Shown in pieces: positions 20,355-29,981 of a DNA stretch of 32,000 nucleotides. The notes beneath the pieces were generated by a model. That model had not been told where the DNA came from. It did not search any database and saw nothing but the letters and a program-made list of their open reading frames with translations. The number at the start of each line of letters is the position of its first letter. The stretch's first letter is position 1. The translations under genes and the position numbers were made by a program. The stretch spans positions 1,110,001 through 1,142,000 of the forward strand of contig NZ_LT906458.1 in the NCBI RefSeq assembly GCF_900187275.1, given 5' to 3'. Origin of the DNA: Pasteurella multocida. GTDB lineage: Bacteria; Pseudomonadota; Gammaproteobacteria; Enterobacterales; Pasteurellaceae.

Positions 20355-20495
20355 ATGCAAGTATTAAGTTCATTAAAGAGTGCGAAAACACGCCATCCCG
20401 GCTGTAAGATTGTACGCCGCCATGGGGTTGTGTATGTTATTTGCAAAGAAAATCCGCGTTTTAAAGCACGCCAAGGCGGTAAAAAGAAGCGCTAG
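20355..20495 (+). CDS. rpmJ2: 50S ribosomal protein L36 type B (YkgO-like)
   Basis: Manual translation gives [46 protein letters not shown] (46 aa). It was missed by the ORF track. Confidence 0.94.
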   Translation: MQVLSSLKSAKTRHPGCKIVRRHGVVYVICKENPRFKARQGGKKKR

Positions 20496-20544
20496 AAGGC
20501 TCTCGTTTTTGTATGTAAGTAAAATGAGCTATTGCTCAACTTTT

Positions 20545-20579
20545 CCCCCAATAACCTCACTCTATTGGGGGATTTTTTT
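20545..20579 (+). terminator. Intrinsic terminator after rpmJ2
   Basis: cccccaata (20545-20553) / tattggggg (20563-20571), then a T-rich tail. Confidence 0.9.
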
Positions 20580-20732
20580 ATGATCTATATCATGAAATCA
20601 CCATCTAATTTAACAAAACGCCTTTTTCTTATTGTTACAATTATGTTGCAACTATAGAATGGGCAAGTTAATTTTATCCTTAATATTCTTAACAGAATGA
20701 TTAACATTGAAAACTTGTAATAGGATGTATAA

Positions 20733-21443
20733 ATGGGAACGCCACAAATTTTAATTGTTGAAGACGAAGCAATCACCAGAAATACCTTAAAAAGTATTTT
20801 TGAGGCGGAAGGTTATGAAGTATTTGAGGCGGCAGACGGCGCACAGATGCACCGTATTCTGTCTAATAAAGTGATTAATCTTGTCATTATGGATATCAAC
20901 TTACCCGGTAAGAATGGACTCATGCTCGCCCGCGAACTACGAGAAACGACCAATACCGCATTAATGTTTTTAACTGGTCGCGATAATGAAGTGGATAAAA
21001 TTCTTGGTCTAGAAATCGGTGCGGATGATTACATCACAAAACCATTCAATCCAAGAGAATTAACCATTCGTGCACGAAATTTATTACAACGCACGATGCA
21101 AGAAAATAGTAAAGATAGCCATCATCCTATTGAGCAATATCGCTTTAATGGCTGGACACTAGACTTAAATAGCCGCACGTTAATTAATCCAGAAGGGGAA
21201 GAATATAAACTTCCACGCAGTGAATTCCGTGCGATGTTACATTTCTGTGAAAACCCAGGCAAAATTCAAACCCGTGAAGAATTATTGAAGAAAATGACGG
21301 GACGTGAATTAAAGCCACAAGATCGGACAGTAGATGTCACTATTCGTCGTATTCGCAAACATTTTGAAGATCATCCAGAAACCCCAGAAATTATCGCCAC
21401 GATCCATGGTGAAGGTTATCGTTTCTGTGGTGAATTAGAATAA
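20733..21443 (+). CDS. arcA: Two-component response regulator ArcA
   Basis: 236 aa. [62 protein letters not shown]. Confidence 0.96.
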   Translation: MGTPQILIVEDEAITRNTLKSIFEAEGYEVFEAADGAQMHRILSNKVINLVIMDINLPGKNGLMLARELRETTNTALMFLTGRDNEVDKILGLEIGADDYITKPFNPRELTIRARNLLQRTMQENSKDSHHPIEQYRFNGWTLDLNSRTLINPEGEEYKLPRSEFRAMLHFCENPGKIQTREELLKKMTGRELKPQDRTVDVTIRRIRKHFEDHPETPEIIATIHGEGYRFCGELE

Positions 21444-21491
21444 ACTGAATAATTCAAAAAGCCTGTAATACATATTACAGGCTTTTTTATG

Positions 21492-22970
21492 CTATGGCTC
21501 ATTTTCAAAGATAGCTAAACTGTCCCAAATCTCATCCACTCTTTTCACAACATCGGGATCTTTTTTAATCGGTACCCCCCATTCACGTTGAGTTTCTCCC
21601 GGCCATTTATTGGTTGCATCAATTCCCATTTTGGAGCCTAAACCGGCAACAGGTGAAGCAAAATCAAGGTAATCAATCGGTGTATTTTCCACTAAAGTTA
21701 AATCACGAGCCGGATCACATCTTGTGGTCATCGCCCAGATCACATCTTTCCAATCTCGTGCATTGACATCATCATCACAAACAATCACAAACTTTGTGTA
21801 CATAAACTGACGTAAGAAAGACCAAACGCCCATCATCACGCGTTTAGCATGACCAGCATACTGTTTCTTAATCGTAACCACCGCTAAACGATAAGAACAG
21901 CCTTCAGGTGGTAAATAAAAATCCACAATTTCGGGAAACTGCTTTTGCAGAATCGGAATAAACACTTCATTTAGTGCTTCACCCAAAACAGCAGGCTCAT
22001 CGGGCGGACGCCCCGTGTAAGTAGAATGATAAATCGGATCTTTACGCATAGTAATATGGGTAACCGTAAACACAGGGAAATATTCTTGTTCATTATAATA
22101 CCCCGTATGATCACCATATGGACCTTCCAAGGCGGTTTCATTCGGATCAATATAGCCTTCTAGCACAATTTCTGCACTGCCAGGTACTTCCAGATCATTG
22201 CTGACGGATTTCACCACAGACGTCTTGGTCCCACGTAATAATCCCGCAAAGGCATACTCTGACAAGGTATCTGGTACCGGCGTAACGGCGCCTAAAATCG
22301 TCGCAGGATCGGCACCCAGTGCCACAGAAACAGGAAATGGCTCGCTAGGGTGTGTTTCTTTCCACTCTTGGAAATCTAATGCGCCACCACGGTGAGATAG
22401 CCAACGCATAATCAATTTATTTTTAGCCACTAATTGTTGGCGATAAATGCCTAAATTTTGCCGTTTTTTCAATGGTCCTTTTGTGATCGTCAAGCCCCAT
22501 GTCACTAAGGGCGCGACATCTTCTTTCCAGCATTGCATAATAGGCAGCTTATACAGATCAACATCCTCGTCCTTTAAAACGACTTGTTGGCAATCAGCTT
22601 TACCCAATACTTTAGTGGGCATATTCAACACCTGCTTAAATTGCGGAATACTCGAAAGAAAATCTTTAAACCCTTTCGGTGGCTCAGGCTCTTTTAAAAA
22701 AGCCAATAATTTCCCGACGTCACGTAACGCGGAGACCTGCTCTTGCCCCATCCCCATTGCTACTCTTTTCGGTGTCCCAAATAAATTACACAGTACGGGG
22801 ATATCAAATCCTTTCGGATTTTCAAACAACAACGCAGGACCGCCCGCACGCAATGTGCGGTCTGCAATTTCGGTCATTTCTAAATGTGGATCAATTTCTT
22901 GCTTGATCCGCTTTAGCTCACCACGCTGTTCCAATAAAGTAAGAAAATCACGCAAATCTTTATATTTCAT
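21492..22970 (-). CDS. ubiD: 4-hydroxy-3-polyprenylbenzoate decarboxylase UbiD
   Basis: Start [22 protein letters not shown] at 22970 (the ORF extends to 23018). [29 protein letters not shown]. Confidence 0.96.
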   Translation of the reverse strand: MKYKDLRDFLTLLEQRGELKRIKQEIDPHLEMTEIADRTLRAGGPALLFENPKGFDIPVLCNLFGTPKRVAMGMGQEQVSALRDVGKLLAFLKEPEPPKGFKDFLSSIPQFKQVLNMPTKVLGKADCQQVVLKDEDVDLYKLPIMQCWKEDVAPLVTWGLTITKGPLKKRQNLGIYRQQLVAKNKLIMRWLSHRGGALDFQEWKETHPSEPFPVSVALGADPATILGAVTPVPDTLSEYAFAGLLRGTKTSVVKSVSNDLEVPGSAEIVLEGYIDPNETALEGPYGDHTGYYNEQEYFPVFTVTHITMRKDPIYHSTYTGRPPDEPAVLGEALNEVFIPILQKQFPEIVDFYLPPEGCSYRLAVVTIKKQYAGHAKRVMMGVWSFLRQFMYTKFVIVCDDDVNARDWKDVIWAMTTRCDPARDLTLVENTPIDYLDFASPVAGLGSKMGIDATNKWPGETQREWGVPIKKDPDVVKRVDEIWDSLAIFENEP

Positions 22971-23129
22971 AGTCAGTACCATTTGAATGTTATTTTCGAT
23001 GCCAATTTCTACTCGCACCTTAGACAGTAAAATATGTTATAGACAACAAGCTTGATTGCAAGCAATTTTGCTATCTCAAGCAACTTTCTGTAAAATCAAG
23101 CAAATTAAAATTTGATGACGCGGATTATT

Positions 23130-23612
23130 ATGACAAAGAAAAAAGTAAAAGTTGGCACAAATACGATAGCCTTAAATAAACGTGCACGACACGATTATTT
23201 TATTGAAGACGAAATGGAAGCGGGTCTGGAATTGCAAGGCTGGGAAGTGAAGTCGATGCGTGCTGGAAAAGCCAACATTAGTGACAGTTATATTATCTTT
23301 AAACAAGGCGAAGCTTATTTATTTGGTGCAACAATTCAGCCACTTAATGTCGTTTCAACGCATATTGTGTGTGATCCCACACGGACACGCAAGCTGTTAC
23401 TCAAGCAAAAAGAACTGGCATCATTATTTGGGAAAGCCAATCGTGATGGCTATACTATCGTTGCTCTCTCACTCTATTGGAAAGGCGCTTGGGCTAAACT
23501 GAAAATTGGTCTTGCCAAAGGGAAAAAACAGCACGACAAACGTGAAGATATCAAAGAACGCGAGTGGAAAGTCACGAAAGATCGTATTATGAAAAATGCA
23601 CGCCTTGGCTAA
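23130..23612 (+). CDS. smpB: SsrA-binding protein SmpB
   Basis: Start [50 protein letters not shown] at 23130. C-terminal [19 protein letters not shown]. Confidence 0.98.
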   Translation: MTKKKVKVGTNTIALNKRARHDYFIEDEMEAGLELQGWEVKSMRAGKANISDSYIIFKQGEAYLFGATIQPLNVVSTHIVCDPTRTRKLLLKQKELASLFGKANRDGYTIVALSLYWKGAWAKLKIGLAKGKKQHDKREDIKEREWKVTKDRIMKNARLG

Positions 23613-23652
23613 AAAAAAGCCTTGTGAGCATCATCACAAGGCTTTTTTAAAC
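23612..23652. terminator. Bidirectional terminator between smpB and the mop-like gene
   Basis: aaaaagccttgtga / tcacaaggcttttt hairpin flanked by A and T tracts. Confidence 0.88.
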
Positions 23653-23660
23653 TAGCGAGA

Positions 23661-23870
23661 TTATTCTACACCGACCATCACAGAAGTCGCTTTAATAATA
23701 GCGTAAGCGTCTTTACCAACTTCCAATTTCAATTCTTCTACTGCAGCCATTGAAATGGTTGACGTAATCACATTCCCGGCGCCAATATCAATACTTACTA
23801 CGGCATTGACAGCACCTTTTTCTAAAGCGACCACTTTCCCTTTAAATTGATTTCTTGCACTAATTTTCAT
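23661..23870 (-). CDS. mop: Molybdenum-pterin/molybdate-binding protein (single TOBE/molbindin domain)
   Basis: 69 aa. MKISARNQFKGKVVALEKGAVNAVVSIDIGAGNVITSTISMAAVEELKLEVGKDAYAIIKATSVMVGVE. Confidence 0.92.
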   Translation of the reverse strand: MKISARNQFKGKVVALEKGAVNAVVSIDIGAGNVITSTISMAAVEELKLEVGKDAYAIIKATSVMVGVE

Positions 23871-23957
23871 GTTTTTTCCTCTTAATAAAATGGATAAAAT
23901 TCACTACGAATTCGTCGCAATTATATCCAAGATGCAAAATAAAACAAGTTAAAAAAA

Positions 23958-25334
23958 TTAAATTTTATTTAATAAAATCAATGATCTAAATCCTTTTATA
24001 TAACCCTTATCATCTTTCACATTTTCTAACCGGAATTGATAATGATGTAGGGTGGCAATGCGCTGAACAATCGATAAACCCAATCCACTTCCCTTTTCAT
24101 TTTGCCCTGCAGGACGATAAAAACGCTGTCCTAACTTCGCTAAATCGGCATCATTCACCCCATTACCATTATCTTCAATCACAATACGATCGGCATAAAG
24201 CTTAATCGTTATGGTACTTCCTTCTGGGCAATAGCGAAGCGCATTATCAATCAAATTACGTAACATTAATGATAATAAAAGGGGTTGCCCTTGTTGCACT
24301 GGTGGCGCGGCAATTAATTCAAATTGGAGATCCATTTGCCGTTTTTGCGCAGAAAAATAAAGTTCACTCACTAAAGACGCAATTAACGGCTCCCAATGAA
24401 TCGCTTCCATTTCATCTAACTCAGCTAAATTATCCAAACGAGAGAGCGTGAGTAAACGTTCAATTAATTGACTAGCACGATCAATCCCTAACGTTAAGTT
24501 TTGCAAGGCTTGCTCGCGCATCAAAGCATCATCTCCTGCCATTTGTGCAACTTCAGTTTGAATGCGCAATGCCGCCAATGGACTACGTAATTCATGTGCG
24601 GCATCTGAAGTAAAACGTCTCTCACGCAATAACATCGTGGCAGTTCGCTCAAAGAAATGATTTAAATTGTGGATTAACGGTAAAATTTCTGTCGGTAAAT
24701 TTTCGCTCGGTAAAAGTGAAGTATCATCTGGACGGCGTTGCATTAACTGCGCATTCACTTGTTTTAGCGGTCGCAGCTCACGGCTAATCACCCAAACCAA
24801 AATCCCTAATAAAAAAGGTAAACTCGCGAACCAAATCCACATTTGCCCAAACACCATTTGGTTAATCAGATCTTCGCGATAGTCCATTTCTTGCCCTACG
24901 GCAATAATCCATTTTCCTTGATTGACTGGCAACCAAAAAATCCGCCAACGATCGTCATCTTCACGGATAGCACTGACTGAAAAACCACTGTGCGGTGCAA
25001 AAATGAAATTTTCCCCATTATTCCCATCGCTTAAAAGAAGATCACCGCGATGATTAAAAATTGCAAAAGCAAGAGCATCGTCATCATAGTGCCGAACTTT
25101 CTTGAGCTGTTTATTCACATTATGAGGGGCACGAGCAATCAGCATATTATGTAAATTCGCTGAGGCCAAACGCTGAGCTAATAGAATCTGTTGCGCATCA
25201 AAAACATCATTCACTTCTTTTCTTACTTGAAACCACGCCACCGCGGTTGAAGCTAACCAAATCACTAATGCGGTCAACGATAACGTGAAAATTAAACGAA
25301 CTCGTAAACTTGTTTGCTTAAGCCATTTCATCAT
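23958..25334 (-). CDS. qseC: QseC-like sensor histidine kinase
   Basis: 458 aa. TM-HAMP-like N-terminus, [24 protein letters not shown] (H-box), [22 protein letters not shown]. Overlaps the response regulator gene. Confidence 0.85.
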   Translation of the reverse strand: MMKWLKQTSLRVRLIFTLSLTALVIWLASTAVAWFQVRKEVNDVFDAQQILLAQRLASANLHNMLIARAPHNVNKQLKKVRHYDDDALAFAIFNHRGDLLLSDGNNGENFIFAPHSGFSVSAIREDDDRWRIFWLPVNQGKWIIAVGQEMDYREDLINQMVFGQMWIWFASLPFLLGILVWVISRELRPLKQVNAQLMQRRPDDTSLLPSENLPTEILPLIHNLNHFFERTATMLLRERRFTSDAAHELRSPLAALRIQTEVAQMAGDDALMREQALQNLTLGIDRASQLIERLLTLSRLDNLAELDEMEAIHWEPLIASLVSELYFSAQKRQMDLQFELIAAPPVQQGQPLLLSLMLRNLIDNALRYCPEGSTITIKLYADRIVIEDNGNGVNDADLAKLGQRFYRPAGQNEKGSGLGLSIVQRIATLHHYQFRLENVKDDKGYIKGFRSLILLNKI

Positions 25335-25989
25335 TTTTTCCTAGCGCATACCCTACACCATGCACAGTACGAATAAATTGTTTCCCTAATTTTTGGCGTA
25401 AATTATAAATATGGACCTCCAAGGCATTACTACTGACTTCATCGTCCCAGTTATAAAGTTTCTCTTCAATCATACGGCGAGAAAGCACGCGATCTTTATT
25501 CAACATAAATAACTCTAATAATTTATATTCTCTCGTCGTTAACGCCACCTCTTCCTGTCTTAAAAACACTTTGCGCTGATTCGGGTCAAAACAGACCAAG
25601 CTATGTTCAATCACTGGGCTAGCTTGCCCATAACGACGACGAATGAGTGCCTGCAAACGTGCAATCACTTCGACTAATGCAAAAGGTTTACATAAATAAT
25701 CATCAGCTCCTTTTTGCAATCCCATCACTCGTTCATCTAGCGTATCGCGCGCGGTTAGAATTAATACGGGTACATCGTATTTTTCTTTACGCCAACGCTG
25801 CAGGATGTCTAATCCATCCATTTTAGGTAAGGTTAAATCTAACACAACCGCATCATAAGGCGCACTTTTTACCGCCTCTAATCCTGTTTTGCCATCCTGA
25901 AACCAATCAACTAAAAAACCCGATTTAGTTAGCCCAATCTGTAAGCCATTGCCAATTAAGGCATCATCTTCTATTAATAAAATTCGCAT
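25318..25989 (-). CDS. qseB: QseB-like OmpR-family response regulator
   Basis: [36 protein letters not shown] from 25989. [17 protein letters not shown]-terminal winged helix. Confidence 0.86.
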   Translation of the reverse strand: MRILLIEDDALIGNGLQIGLTKSGFLVDWFQDGKTGLEAVKSAPYDAVVLDLTLPKMDGLDILQRWRKEKYDVPVLILTARDTLDERVMGLQKGADDYLCKPFALVEVIARLQALIRRRYGQASPVIEHSLVCFDPNQRKVFLRQEEVALTTREYKLLELFMLNKDRVLSRRMIEEKLYNWDDEVSSNALEVHIYNLRQKLGKQFIRTVHGVGYALGKNDEMA

Positions 25990-26063
25990 TTTTTTGACCG
26001 CACTTTTTTCAAAACTTGTTCTTATTTTACACAAAAATAAAGAAAATCCCCATTCTCCATGAC

Positions 26064-26099
26064 CTTAATCTAGCAGACAAAGATTAAGGAAGTCTTAAT
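26064..26099 (-). promoter_or_regulatory. Putative QseB/PmrA-type operator upstream of qseBC
   Basis: Minus strand ATTAAG-N5-CTTAAT (26083-26099), close to the direct-repeat YTTAAK-N5-YTTAAK box. An additional CTTAAT lies at 26064-26069. Confidence 0.4.
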
Positions 26100-26465
26100 C
26101 TCAACCTACTTTTCAAAAAACTGACGGCACTTTTATCAGTCAATCACAAAAAAAGTAAAAAAATCTTGTAAGAAATGGATTTCCTGTTTCGACTAATCCC
26201 AGCATAACGCCATGATTAAGGAAAACCAGTGCGCTATATGTCGAATGATCATAGGGATAGGGACTGGCTTCTGTGTGAGAGAGGAGGTTCCACATTAAGT
26301 AGCCAAAATGATGTTCTCTTCGGCGCATTTAAGCAGAGAAAAGAAAGGAGAGCCATTCCTGCTTAAAAGGGAATTTTTCCCGACACCATTGAAAACTGGC
26401 ATATGGAAAATGTCATCAATGGGCTTACAAGGTATGGATAACTTGTAATAACAATGAGGTAAATA

Positions 26466-26915
26466 ATGTATAAGACAAATTCCAATATCCAATGGATTGG
26501 CACTGGCATCGGCCTACTTGGTTTACGTCTTTTTCTCGCTTGGGAATTTTTTGAATCGGGTAAAGAAAAATGGAAGGGCGAAAACTGGTTTATGGAAATA
26601 CAAGAAAGTTTTCCTTTCCCATTCAATGTCATCCCAAGCGATCTTAATTGGACATTGGCAATGGGGGCAGAACTCTTATTACCGTTCTTCCTCATTCTCG
26701 GCTTTTTCACTCGTTGTAGTGCATTAAGCCTGACCATCTTAACCGCTGTTGCTTGGTACAGCGTACATGCAGGGGCGGGTTATAACGTGTGTAATAATGG
26801 TTACAAAATGGCCTTAATTTATATCGTCACCTTGTTACCATTAATCACTCAAGGGGCAGGAATATTCTCTGTAGATCACTTACTACAGCGAAAATCCCCG
26901 ACCTTAAATCAATAA
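26466..26915 (+). CDS. DoxX-family integral membrane protein, first gene of the MNIO-RiPP operon
   Basis: 149 aa. GIGLLGLRLFLAWEFFESGKEKWKGENWF, ELLLPFFLILGFFTRCSALSLTILTAVAW. Confidence 0.85.
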   Translation: MYKTNSNIQWIGTGIGLLGLRLFLAWEFFESGKEKWKGENWFMEIQESFPFPFNVIPSDLNWTLAMGAELLLPFFLILGFFTRCSALSLTILTAVAWYSVHAGAGYNVCNNGYKMALIYIVTLLPLITQGAGIFSVDHLLQRKSPTLNQ

Positions 26916-26957
26916 AAAAATGCGAAAGTATTTCATACATCATAGAGGAGATTAAAG

Positions 26958-27248
26958 ATGAAAAAATTGGCAACTTTAGCCGCATTAGCCGGTGCATTAA
27001 CCATGGCAGCAACAGCGCCTGCACAAGCAGAAATGAAATCAGCAGGGAAGGCTGAGCAATGTGTCGAAGGTAAATGCCTAAAAACCAAAGCGGCTGAAGG
27101 TAAATGTGGTGAAGGTAAATGTGGTGCACATGACCACAAAGCAAAAGCGGCAGAAGGTAAATGCGGTGAAGGCAAATGTGGTACACATGATCACAAAGCA
27201 AAAGCCGCTGAAGGTAAATGTGGCGAAGGAAAATGCGGTTCTAAATAA
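26958..27248 (+). CDS. hvfA: Cys-rich secreted RiPP precursor with EGKCG motifs (HvfA/BufA-type)
   Basis: 96 aa, Sec signal peptide MKKLATLAALAGALTMAATAPAQA, core with 8 Cys, six EGKCG and one EGKCL. Directly upstream of DUF692 and DUF2063 genes. Confidence 0.92.
   Translation: MKKLATLAALAGALTMAATAPAQAEMKSAGKAEQCVEGKCLKTKAAEGKCGEGKCGAHDHKAKAAEGKCGEGKCGTHDHKAKAAEGKCGEGKCGSK
27090..27245 (+). repeat. 57-bp in-frame tandem repeat in the precursor core
   Basis: AAEGKCGEGKCGAHDHKAK | AAEGKCGEGKCGTHDHKAK | AAEGKCGEGKCGSK, about 2.7 copies of 19 aa. Confidence 0.95.
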
Positions 27249-27309
27249 AGCACAACGATTGCTGGTGTAATGTTTACACCAGCGCTTTAATTAAAATAAT
27301 GGAGTCAAT

Positions 27310-28233
27310 ATGATGTTACAAGGTGCAGGCTTAGGGTATCGTCGTGATCTCGCTGAAGATTTTTTATTACTGCCCGACAACAGCGTTGTCAACTTTATGG
27401 AAGTGGCACCAGAAAATTGGATCAAAATGAGAGGGGCGGCGCGCTATAAATTTGATCAAGCGGCAGAACGATTTCCACTCGCCGTCCATGGCCTTTCACT
27501 CTCTTTAGGTGGACAGGCGCCTTTAGATAAAGCCTTATTACAGGGCATTAAAGCATTAATGACACAATATCAAGCTGTCTTTTTTTCTGAGCATTTAAGC
27601 TATTGTGAATGTGACGGACATCTTTATGATTTGCTCCCGATGCCATTTACAGAAGAAGCCGTAAAACATGTGGCACAGCGTATTCGTGAAGTACAAGATT
27701 TTCTGGGTATGCAAATTTCCTTAGAAAATACGTCCTATTATTTGCATTCACCAACCAGTACCATGAACGAAGTCGAATTTCTAAACGCCATAGCCCAAGA
27801 GGCTAACTGTGGTATTCACTTAGATGTCAATAATATTTATGTGAATGGTGTGAACCATGGCTTGCTCAATCCTTATGTTTTTTTAGATCATGTTGATGTT
27901 AGCCGTGTAAACTATATTCATATTGCAGGACACGATGAGGAACATGGCGCCGCAAATCCGATTTCCCCTTCTGATGAAGCCTTTAATAAAATAAAAGGAG
28001 AATATCGTCATCTCCCCCAATTATTAGTGGACACACATGGTGAGGCGGTAAAAGGTAATGTCTGGGATTTATTAGAATATGCTTATCAACGTTTACCGCA
28101 TATTCCACCAACATTACTTGAACGTGATTTTAATTTCCCTCCGTTTGCCGAGCTTTATGCTGAAGTCGAACATATTGCGCAACTGCAACAAAAACACGCT
28201 AAACTGACAGTGGAAAATCGCCATGCAGCCTAA
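27310..28233 (+). CDS. hvfB: Multinuclear non-heme iron-dependent oxidase (MNIO, DUF692), HvfB/BufB-like
   Basis: 307 aa. [94 protein letters not shown]. Confidence 0.95.
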   Translation: MMLQGAGLGYRRDLAEDFLLLPDNSVVNFMEVAPENWIKMRGAARYKFDQAAERFPLAVHGLSLSLGGQAPLDKALLQGIKALMTQYQAVFFSEHLSYCECDGHLYDLLPMPFTEEAVKHVAQRIREVQDFLGMQISLENTSYYLHSPTSTMNEVEFLNAIAQEANCGIHLDVNNIYVNGVNHGLLNPYVFLDHVDVSRVNYIHIAGHDEEHGAANPISPSDEAFNKIKGEYRHLPQLLVDTHGEAVKGNVWDLLEYAYQRLPHIPPTLLERDFNFPPFAELYAEVEHIAQLQQKHAKLTVENRHAA

Positions 28234-28942
28234 ATCATCGAATCTTAAAGCAACCCAAGCTGCTCTAGCTAAAGCCGTACGTCTAGGGCATGCTGACCCT
28301 TTAAATGGTTATGCACCACAGCGTTTAGCCGTTTATGCTCGCTTAGTACGTAATAACACATTTGGGTTTATTGATCGCTGTTTTGTTGAAGCCCCAAATC
28401 ATCTTTCAGCAACAAGGTGGGCAGAAACGAAAGAACGTTTTATCCAAGAAGGGAAAGCAACATCCCCCTATTTCCAAGATATCGCGGGAGAATTTCTTAC
28501 CTTTTGTCAGACACAAACTGATTTCTCGGCAGACATTTTAGCTTTAATGGATTTTGAATATACTCAACTGCTTGCCGAGGTAGAAAAAACGAATCTTACT
28601 GATCCGATAGCGTGGGATGAGAGAACAGAGATGCAATTATCTCCTGCTGCTTTCCTCAAAAGTTATGATGTGGACTTTTTATCAAGTCACTTTAGTCAGC
28701 TTGAAAAAGCTGCATCGCATATCATTGTTTGGCGTAACCGACATTTTCAGGTAAAACAGCAAAAACTGTCCGAATTAGATTTTTGGTTACTGACTTACCT
28801 TACTGAGCAACCGACATCACTCTTACATCTCTCACAGGCATTAGCGGATCTCATCGCTGATCACGCTAGCTTACAGCCGATTTTGGCACAAGCGTGGACA
28901 AATTGGTTTGAAGCAGATGTCATCTGTCCAGTTACAGACTAA
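28223..28942 (+). CDS. hvfC: DUF2063-type (putative DNA-binding domain) MNIO partner protein, HvfC/BufC-like
   Basis: 239 aa. [59 protein letters not shown]. Overlaps hvfB by 11 bp. Confidence 0.9.
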   Translation: MQPKSSNLKATQAALAKAVRLGHADPLNGYAPQRLAVYARLVRNNTFGFIDRCFVEAPNHLSATRWAETKERFIQEGKATSPYFQDIAGEFLTFCQTQTDFSADILALMDFEYTQLLAEVEKTNLTDPIAWDERTEMQLSPAAFLKSYDVDFLSSHFSQLEKAASHIIVWRNRHFQVKQQKLSELDFWLLTYLTEQPTSLLHLSQALADLIADHASLQPILAQAWTNWFEADVICPVTD

Positions 28943-28975
28943 AAAACCGCAATCCATTTGTCTTAATACAAAAAC

Positions 28976-29012
28976 GGTGAAAATGTTTTGCATTTTCACC
29001 GCACTTTTTTAT
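28976..29012. terminator. Terminator between hvfC and the convergent anti-sigma gene, containing a USS
   Basis: ggtgaaaatg (28976-28985) / cattttcacc (28991-29000), then gcactttttt. Confidence 0.85.
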
Positions 29013-29209
29013 TCAGGCTTACTCTCGTCTTTATCATGCTGCTGTGCAAATTGTTTCATCATTTGACTTAAACTTTCACAGTTTTTACCGAAATTATCAC
29101 ATCTTAGGCACATTAAACGATGTAACCTAACCCCCACGCTTTCGACTAAGGATAATGGTCTTTCATGAGATTCTGAGATGAGTTTCGTCACTTTAAAACA
29201 ATATTTCAT
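29009..29209 (-). CDS. Short zf-HC2-like anti-sigma factor
   Basis: 66 aa. SESHERPLSLVESVGVRLHRLMCLRCDNFGKNCESL resembles zinc-finger anti-sigma domains. The start abuts the sigma-factor stop. Confidence 0.75.
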   Translation of the reverse strand: MKYCFKVTKLISESHERPLSLVESVGVRLHRLMCLRCDNFGKNCESLSQMMKQFAQQHDKDESKPE

Positions 29210-29761
29210 TTATCTCTCCCCCATTTTTGTCGTCAAACAATGCTGTAGCTGTAAACGAGCGCGGTAAAGTAATACATGCAAATTCGAGGTCGTTATTTGT
29301 TCTGTTGAACAAATATCCTCTGATGTCAGCTCTAAATACTCACGCATCATAAAGACTTTCGCTTGCAATGCCGGTAAGCGCGTCAAACACACTTCAAACA
29401 GAACCCAAAATTGCTCAGAATACACCGTATTTTCATTCTCTTGTAAACGAGAAGGTGCATATTCTTTACGCCAACGTCCACCATCAAAAAAGCTATTTTC
29501 ATCCTCATCAGTGATAAGTTCGCTTTCTACCACAAAACGATGATTAACGCGCAAGTAGTCAATAATTTTGTTCTTTAAAATCGCAAAGATCCATGTTTTT
29601 AATGCGGATTGTCGTTTAAAACTCTCTATATTTTTTAATGCGCTAACAAAGGCTTCTTGTACCACATCCTCTGCCAAAATAGGATCTTTAAGTTGCAACG
29701 TTGCAAATTTCAACATTTGCCCACGAATTGTTTCTAATTCTTCTGATGAAATATTGTGCAT
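29210..29761 (-). CDS. ECF-type RNA polymerase sigma factor
   Basis: 183 aa. LKDPILAEDVVQEAFVSALKNIESFKRQSALKTWIFAILKNKIIDYLR (sigma2), LTSEDICSTEQITTSNLHVLLYRARLQLQHCL (sigma4). Confidence 0.93.
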   Translation of the reverse strand: MHNISSEELETIRGQMLKFATLQLKDPILAEDVVQEAFVSALKNIESFKRQSALKTWIFAILKNKIIDYLRVNHRFVVESELITDEDENSFFDGGRWRKEYAPSRLQENENTVYSEQFWVLFEVCLTRLPALQAKVFMMREYLELTSEDICSTEQITTSNLHVLLYRARLQLQHCLTTKMGER

Positions 29762-29835
29762 AACCTATTTTAATCCATTAAATATTCAAAATTTGAAAAC
29801 CTAAAGGCTGTAAATAATCTAGCAATCACATTGAC

Positions 29836-29870
29836 AAAAAAGGCTAGAATTTTAATTTCTAGCCTTTTTG
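29836..29870 (-). terminator. Terminator downstream of the tRNA-Leu gene
   Basis: aaaaaggctagaa / ttctagccttttt hairpin. Confidence 0.8.
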
Positions 29871-29882
29871 CTCTCTTTTAAA

Positions 29883-29968
29883 TGGTGCTCTGGGCGAGAC
29901 TTGAACTCGCACGTCCGATGGACACTACCCCCTCAAGATAGCGTGTCTACCAATTCCACCACCAGAGC
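29883..29968 (-). tRNA. leuU: tRNA-Leu (anticodon GAG)
   Basis: Minus strand GCTCTGG..GGTAGACACG CTATC TTGAGGG GGTAG ..GTTCAAGTCTC GCCCAGAGC ACCA. Folds into a class II cloverleaf with encoded CCA. Confidence 0.95.
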
Positions 29969-29981
29969 TTAATCTTTTTAA

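Noticed and set aside
22198-22986. Plus-strand ORFs of 65, 75 and 179 aa inside ubiD
   Set aside because: They lie wholly antisense to a complete, well-conserved ubiD gene and have low-complexity composition without homology features.
26140-26737. Minus-strand ORFs of 62, 65 and 124 aa across the qseB-DoxX interval and DoxX gene
   Set aside because: They lack RBS or recognised domains, and the last two overlap the well-supported DoxX gene antisense.
26845-27201. Minus-strand ORFs (118 and 80 aa) rich in HIYLHHIYL repeats opposite hvfA
   Set aside because: They are the antisense translation of the hvfA 57-bp repeats. The plus-strand ORF has a signal peptide, an RBS and functional neighbours.
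27090-27245. Possible CRISPR-like direct repeats
   Set aside because: The 57-bp repeats are in-frame coding units with no unique spacers, so they are protein repeats and not a CRISPR array.
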